From Macrostomum lignano (lineage: Eukaryota): DNA of 64,000 nucleotides. This document shows positions 57,076 to 64,000 of this stretch, in pieces. A program made the translations under genes and the position numbers. The stretch lies in NCBI GenBank assembly GCA_002269645.1, contig NIVC01000384.1, forward strand, positions 248,001 through 312,000. Direction: 5' to 3'. Numbering within the stretch: the stretch's first letter is position 1; every line of letters starts with the position of its first letter. The notes under the pieces were generated by a model. The model did no database searches, had not been told where the DNA came from, and was given only the letters and a program-made list of their open reading frames with translations.

Positions 57076-60000
57076 AGACAGGGCGGTGAACTGTAGCGGT
57101 GCTAACAAAACATCAATCAGTGGTTAATCGCTATTTATTGCAATAACAAGCAATATCCGGTGAGCAGTGGGTCTAATGCAATCGCCGGGGCGCACCGCAC
57201 AGTCAGAGAGGCCTATAGGCATCGGACGCACACAAAATGCCCAGCTGACCATCAGCCAGTCAGCTGTGCTGCGGGCTACGCAGATTTGCTATACAAGTAG
57301 CTGAGTGGGCGGACTCGATCACTCGATCGAGGTCGCGACCCCTCGAGGCGGCAATCGAGCATCGAGGCTTTATTTTGACCCGCGCAAACCGCAAGGCGTC
57401 CCCGATGCAAGAAATTATTGTGTATTGTATAATAATTTTACAGGCTGAGAGGTCAATGAGGATATAGTAAGTTGTTTTTGCTTCTGACTTGGAATGTATA
57501 AAAATAGCAACTGCCTTATATGGCTTCGGTTGTAAGGGCTGATTCATGCTAGTATTTACGGGTATTGATGGTCAGCGCTACTTCGATTCCTAATCCAAAA
57601 TTGAGTAAACTATATATGTAGTGTTCCATTATAGATGCCTTCTCTTGGTTCTGGCGCCCCTGCTGAAGCCGCCCCTGGTGCTGGCACTGACCCAATTAAA
57701 GTAGCGCTCCTCAAGATTCCTCAGTAATAAGAATTCATGGCCCTATACGCCACTCTGTACATACATTGTATATGCACTTAGAGGTTTCTACAGTATGTGC
57801 ATGTACGAGTATTTTCAACGCCAATCTTTGCGAAGTCAATTTCATATGTTGATGTTGATTGATGCCAAAAAACTGTGGCACAACCATGTACACATAGTAC
57901 ATGTAATTGCTGTACATGTGAGGACAATTAAATAATTTACCGATATATCGCCGCTGTTCTAAGTAAGTATTTTTTAAATGATGACGTTATCGATCCTAGC
58001 AACAACTATAACAGCGGAAAATTCGCAGCTACAATGTACATGCTACATGTTACATGTACCAAAGTTCAATTAAGATAGTTTCGCTGCGTGTTTGCCGATA
58101 TGGCTGAGATCTGGAAAATTCAAAGGCTTTTCCCTGGATTTTCCATGAATTTTCCATGAATTTTCTTTATCGTATATTCCCTTAATCTCGACGCTTTCAA
58201 AGCGCTGAAAACCTACGGGTGATATGGATGCAGCAGTGCGGTAAACTGTTGTGTTTTGGCTTAGCTTACTGCTGCTAGGATCAGGATCAAAATTCGCAAG
58301 CGCTCGTGTCAGTTTGCATGGTAGGCAGTGGATGAAGCACCAAGCAATCAAGCCTTTTCGATTGCGTGCAGCAGCATCAATGCAACGGCAGCACTCCCGC
58401 CTTGCATGCATGTACATGTAAATGCATGTATACAGTACTAGTTTGCGACTATTTTTTTTATGTCATATAGTTGATAGAGTGAAAAGGCGTCTTGCCTCGT
58501 AGAATACAAAAACGTTTTGTAGATTAATGTTTTTGGCTAAATGTCTGCTTGAAATTTTCAAAATATTGGACTACACATTTTGATGTACATCTAAATATAC
58601 TAAATCTCTAAGGTTTGTATGCTTGTCCATAACGCTCTAGAGCGAGCAATTCTTGACCAATTTTGATCGCGTTTTCGCCAAAATTCAATACTAAATACTG
58701 AACTAAATGTACAGGGCCGTAAATTATTCGAAATAGGTTACCTTATATTTTTGTATAAAAATTATCTAAATATCTAATTATCTAAAATTATCTAAATAAT
58801 TTTTTAGCTTTTCGATTTCATTTTTTAGTTTTTTTAGCTTAACCGGTAAAATTTATTGTTTTTCGTTGCTTTGTTTTATTTTGTAATAGTTTATCATAGC
58901 AGTGCGCAAGATTTTAAAAAGGAAATATTTTAGAGTTTTGACAGGTGGAAATTATTAATTATATACACAGTCGAGTCGCTCTCCTCTTATAATATACTTG
59001 CAAGAGTGCAAGACATAGAAAGTTTGTCTGTTTATTGCTTGGTACAAGCGAGCGACTTTTATAGTGCTAAGTGTTAATTTAATACTTTCCTAACAATAGA
59101 AGGGCTTACTTGTGATAGAAGAAAATTTATTCTATACTTTGATTTCATCATCTTTTATGGTTAGGTCTATATCCATATGAGTTATGTAGGATTTGATCTA
59201 GATCTCGTAAAAAAATCACTATTAAGCATATCGTATTAGGATTATATCAAAGAGTTAAAAAAGCAATGTTTATAATTTTGTTCCTCTTCAAAGACAAAAG
59301 ACAAAATCAAAGAACGTAAAATACATGAAATGTGAAATTTGGCATAAATTTACTTTCATTTGCAATTTTTTTTCTTTTAAAATGGTGCCAATAATGCGGA
59401 ATGACAAATGGGAGTTTTCTATGGCCCATACTAGCTGTGTAGAGTTGTTTGGGGCACAAAAATTTGGCTGAGTTTTATTGAGCTCATAACGTCAACTAGT
59501 AATATAACTGGTGAAAAACATTTTTAAACGGCATTGAGCATTGCAAACGAGCCACCACATAGTCTCGTCAGTACTTGCTGTCACTTTTATCAGATCCCTT
59601 GAATTCATATTTAGTTCTGTCAGTGCCTGTGTCCGGCGCACACATAGCATGATCCTGACTTTAGTTATTATAAAATATTTTTAGTAGAATGATAGTTTGT
59701 GATTTGTATTAAATTTACCTTATTTTTGAAGCACTCAAATTTTATTTAAATTAACTGCTTTACCACAGTTTATTTTGTATGTGTTCAACTATTTAGTTTC
59801 TAAGAAGCACAAAGAGATTGTACTATAAAGCTGTTATAGCATAAGTTCAATTGTATGTCAAAACTTTTACACTGCCAAGATAGGAGCAAGAATGATCTTA
59901 TCCTACAATGGCTTTATAAAATGGGCCCAATATTTTTCAAATCTAGTTTCTAAGAAATACAGGATGTTTTGGAACCTAGTTTCTAAGAATTGCGTGTGCT

Positions 60001-60160
60001 GTTTAAAATTCATAGTTTTTTTAGAAACGATTTGTAGCTGTAATGAGAATGCACATTTTAAAATTTCAAAATCACTACTGTAATGAGAACATCCATTTGA
60101 CAGTTCAAGGACTCTACAAGGCCTAAAAGTACACTGCACAGTAGTAGCACACTGACTGAG

Positions 60161-60882
60161 ATGCCCTCATCAGGCAATGGCGGCAGTTCTAGCGGCAGTT
60201 TGCATCATCGGAAAAGGAAAAGCCGACGGCACAGCGGTGGCAGCGGCTCTGCTGCCCCCAAGGTTTGCCCCGTGTGCGAGACCCTCCTCCCAGCTGACAG
60301 CCGGCACCGCCAGCCGGAGGACCACATCCTTGACCAGCTCCGCTCTGTGTTCACCCGCGGTGCCAGCCAATCATTTTACCATCATGCTCTGCAAATTCAC
60401 TGGGATTCCTTTTTCATGGCCATGCCGGCAGACTTCCCCTTACCCTACTGCCGGCTCTGCTGCATGCACTTTCCCGGCTTTGTGCCGTTCGCGCACCACC
60501 TGTGCCATCGAGCCAGCCTGATTGTGGACACCAAAACTGACCGACTGCACACTGAACTGCTGGGCCATTTTGTAGTGTTTCTAGCCGGAGTTGGCAACCC
60601 AGCGCTGGAACTGCGCCTGCAGGCTGAGAGAGCCGGCGAGTTCCTGTGCCGCCGCTGCCAGCCGGGCATCGAGAAGCTGCAACTGAAATCTGCCGCAGCC
60701 AAGGCGGCTGCCGCTGCCAACCGGTCTGCCGCTACCGCCGCCACCGCGGTGACCTCTTCGTCTGATTTTGCTGTCAAGCTGGAGCCCACCGGCACCCCGT
60801 CCGTGCTGCTGCCGCCACCTGCTCAGCCTGAGCAGCAGCAGCAGGAGCAGCAGCAGGAGCAACAGCAGCACTCTTCTTATCA
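60161..60882 (+). CDS. First or internal coding exon of a putative nuclear Cys/His-rich (zinc-binding) protein
   Basis: GC-rich 241-codon ORF with an NLS-like HRKRKSRR, CPVC, CRLC..HH.C and CRRC motifs, and poly-Ala/poly-Gln. A GTGAGT donor at 60883 indicates the gene continues. Confidence 0.7.
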
Positions 60883-61654
60883 GTGAGTTCTGTACTTCCG
60901 TAATTTCCGGTTTCTATTAAAATAGCAAGATACAACGGAGTCTTTTTTTAAAGAATTTAATAATATTTTGGAATCTCTTCAATAATTGCATATTATATTT
61001 TAATATGGTTTCTAAAAATTGGGTGAAACTTCTATAATCTAGTTTCTATAAAATAGATGACTTTTTGAAATCTAGTTTCAGCGTATTAGGTAAACTTTGA
61101 GATGTATTTTCTAATCACGTAGGGGTTACTTCTGCCTTCTGGAATAATTCTACAGCTGACACCAAGCTTTCGCAGGGATTTTTCCTGTATTATGGGAAAT
61201 CCCACCCGGTTAGCCACTAAGCCTAACAAGTGTACAAGCTGTGATTCCTTCTCTCTGAAATCTCTCTCAAAGAACTGCGACAACGGAAACGAATTATTTG
61301 ATCTGGCTCTCAGTTGGCTCCTATTTATAGTAAAAATTTTCCTAACTATTTTAAACAAAACAAGATATACAAAATATTTCAAAATATTCGTTCGGTATAA
61401 CAAAAAATAAAGCTTTGCAATTATAGGTTTCTAAGAAAGTTTGCCTACTAAAAGCGAAGCCTATTACACTAAGAAAAGCAATGCGTTTTAGAATCTACTA
61501 GCAATCTTCGCCCCCCGATGGGGGACATCTGGTTAGAATCCTTGTTCTTTACAAATAACAAATAGACAGCGAACTAAAGCCTTCAAAAAACAACAACAGA
61601 CATTCCCTCTAAAAACAAAACATCCCAAGACAGCAAGCATCCTCAGACAGCATT

Positions 61655-61870
61655 CAAGCATCGATCCCAAAATAGCAAGCATCCCCCAGGTAGCAAGCAT
61701 CCCCCCGATAGCAAGCAACCCCAGATAGCAAGCATCCGCAGATAGCAAGCATTCCCCCAGACCCCAGATAGTAAGCATCCCCAGATAGCAAGCATCCCCC
61801 AGATCGCAAGCATCCCCCAGATCGCAAGCATCCCCCAGATAGCAAGCACCCCAAATAGTAAGCATCCACC
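61655..61870. repeat. About 19-bp CCCCAGATAGCAAGCATC repeat
   Basis: Imperfect tandem units. Confidence 0.8.
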
Positions 61871-61971
61871 ATACAATAAGTAAAGTAGCTAGTGCTACAA
61901 TTTCCTTAGCTCTATAGTGGCTCCTTTAAAATTGGCATGACGCTTACTTTTACGTTTGAAATTGTGTAAAT

Positions 61972-64000
61972 TTTATGTTTGACATGGTGGCTCTTTAATG
62001 TTTGACATGGTGGCTTTTTAATGTTTGACATGGTGGCTCTTTAATGTTTGACATGGTGGCTCTTTTATGTTCTACATGGTGGCTCTCTTATGTTTGATTC
62101 AGGGTTTTTTTAATGTCTGACATGGTGTCTCTTTATTGTTTGACATGGTGGCGTTTTACTGTTTGACATTATGGCTCTTTAATTTTTGACATGGTGGCTC
62201 TTTTATGTTTGAAATGGTGGCTCTTTATGTTAGACATGGTGGCTCTTTAATGTTCGACATGGTGGCTCTTTAATGTTAGACATGATGGCTCTTTAATGTT
62301 TGACATTGCGGCTCTTTTAATGTTTGACATGGTGGCTCTTTTATGTTGGACATGGTGGCTCTTTTTTGCTTGACATGGTGGCTCTTTACTGTTTGACATG
62401 GTGGCTCTTTAATGTTCGAAATGGTGGCTCTTTAATGTTTGACATGATGGCTCTTTTATGTTTGACATGGTGGCTCTTTTATGTTGGACATAGTGGTTCT
62501 TTAATGTTCGGCATTGGTTGCTCTTTTATGTTCAAAAAGGTGGCTTTTTAATGTTAGACATGGTGGCTCTTGAATGTTCGACATGGTGGCTCTTTAATGT
62601 TAGACATGGTGGCTCTTTATTGTTCGACATGATGGCTCTTTAATGTTTGACATTGCGGCTCTTTAATGTTTGACATGGTGGCTCCTTTATGTTTGACATG
62701 GTGGCTCTTTTTTGATTGACATGGTGGCTCCTTTATGTTTGACATGATGGCTCTTTTATGTTTGACATGGTGGCTCTTTAATGTTTTACGTGGTGGCTCT
62801 TTAATGTTCTTCATGGTAGCTCTTTTATGTTTGACATGGAGTCACGAATATACTTGACATGGTGACTCGTTATTGTTCGACATGGTGGCTCTTCTATGTT
62901 TGACATGGTGGCACTTTAATGTTTGACATGCTGGCTCTATAATGTTTGACATGGAGTCACATATATGTTGGACATGGTGGCTCTTTAATGTTCGACATGG
63001 TGGCTCTTTAATGTTTGACATGGTGGCTCTTCAATGTTTGACATGATGGCTCTTCAATGTTTGACATTGCGGCTCTTTAATGTTTGACATGGTGGCTCCT
63101 TTATGTTTGACATGGTGGCTGTTTTAAGTTTGACATGGTGGCTCTTTTTTGATTGACATGGTGGCTCCTTTATGTTTGACATGATGGCTCTTTTATGTTT
63201 GACATGGTGGCTCTTTTATGTTTGACATGGTGGCTGTTTTATGTTTGACATGGTGGCTCTTCTATGTTTGACATGGTGGCTCTTTAATGTTCTACATGGT
63301 GGCTCTCTTATGTTTGATTCGGGTTTTTTTTAATGTCTGACATGGTGTCCCTTTATTGTTTGACATAGTGGCTCTTTTATGTTTGACATGATGGCTCTTT
63401 AATGTTCGACATGGTGGCTCTTTAATGTTTGACATGGTGGCTCTTTAATGTTTGACCTGGTGGCACCTTAATGTAATGATGGCTCTTTAATGTTTGAAAT
63501 GGTGGCTCTTTAATGTTCGACATGGTGGCTCCTTTATGTTTAACATGGTGCTCTTAAATGTTTGACATCGTGGCTCTTTAATGTTTGACATGGTGGCTCT
63601 CTAGTGTTTCACATGGAGTCACGTCTGTGTTTGACATGGAGTCACGTATATATTTGGCATGGAGTCACGTATATGCTTTTCATGGTGGCTCTTTTATGTT
63701 TGACATGGTGGGTCTTTAATGTTTGACATGGTGGCTCTTTAATTTTTGACATGATGGCTCTTTAATGTTCGACATGATGGCTGTTTAATGTTTGTTATGT
63801 AGTCATGTGTATATGTTTTACATGGTGGCTCTTTTATGTGTGACATGGAGTCACGTATATATTTGACATGGAGTCACATATATGTTTGACATGATGGCTC
63901 TTTTATGTTTGACATGGTGGCTCTTTTATGTTTGACATGGTGGCTGTTTTATGTTTGACATGGTGGCTCTTCTATGTTTGACATGGTGGCTCTTTAATGT
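61972..64000. repeat. 23-bp satellite (TTTGACATGGTGGCTCTTTAATG)n, more than 80 copies, running off the window
   Basis: Tandem periodicity. Confidence 0.95.

Noticed and set aside
58590-59070. Possible Helitron 5' end (TCTAAATATACTAAAT...GTTTGTATGCTTGTCC)
   Set aside because: No convincing 3' hairpin plus CTRR terminus was found, so the evidence is insufficient.
61086-61403. 105-aa minus-strand ORF or possible next exon of the 60161 gene
   Set aside because: The plus-strand continuation in the required phase stops after 8 codons, and the minus frame has no recognisable homology. Left unassigned.

Overview
Eukaryotic, animal genomic DNA. GC-rich, Ala/Gln-rich exons are separated by introns packed with intron-specific minisatellites. 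That style, plus the TRPM subtype, suggests a free-living flatworm such as Macrostomum; this is inference and was not verified. Well-supported genes are: the 3' part of a TRPM channel with a C-terminal NUDT9-homology domain (+, 1469-16104, TRPM2/TRPM_PZQ-like), an intronic tRNA-Arg(CCT), an intronless peptide-type rhodopsin GPCR (-), BRD8 (-), ABCF1 (-), an intronless divergent polo-like kinase (+), a two-exon secreted Cys-rich prepropeptide (-, 53160-53714) and a Cys/His-rich nuclear orphan exon (+, 60161-60882). Mobile DNA includes a tRNA-headed SINE, four MITEs with recognisable TIRs/TSDs and a decayed gypsy pol. The strongest leads are: (i) nine different LTR-end + 18-nt tRNA-Leu primer-binding-site junctions packed head-to-tail inside a CpG-depleted domain (38.1-40.2 kb); (ii) the small KR-processed 6-Cys peptide precursor; (iii) praziquantel-pocket-type residues and a Glu-less Nudix box in the TRPM; (iv) an 11-site RFX X-box cluster at the BRD8 5' end; (v) a PLK lacking the T210 and polo-box pincer residues. 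All exon calls and counts were made by eye, and repeat boundaries are approximate.
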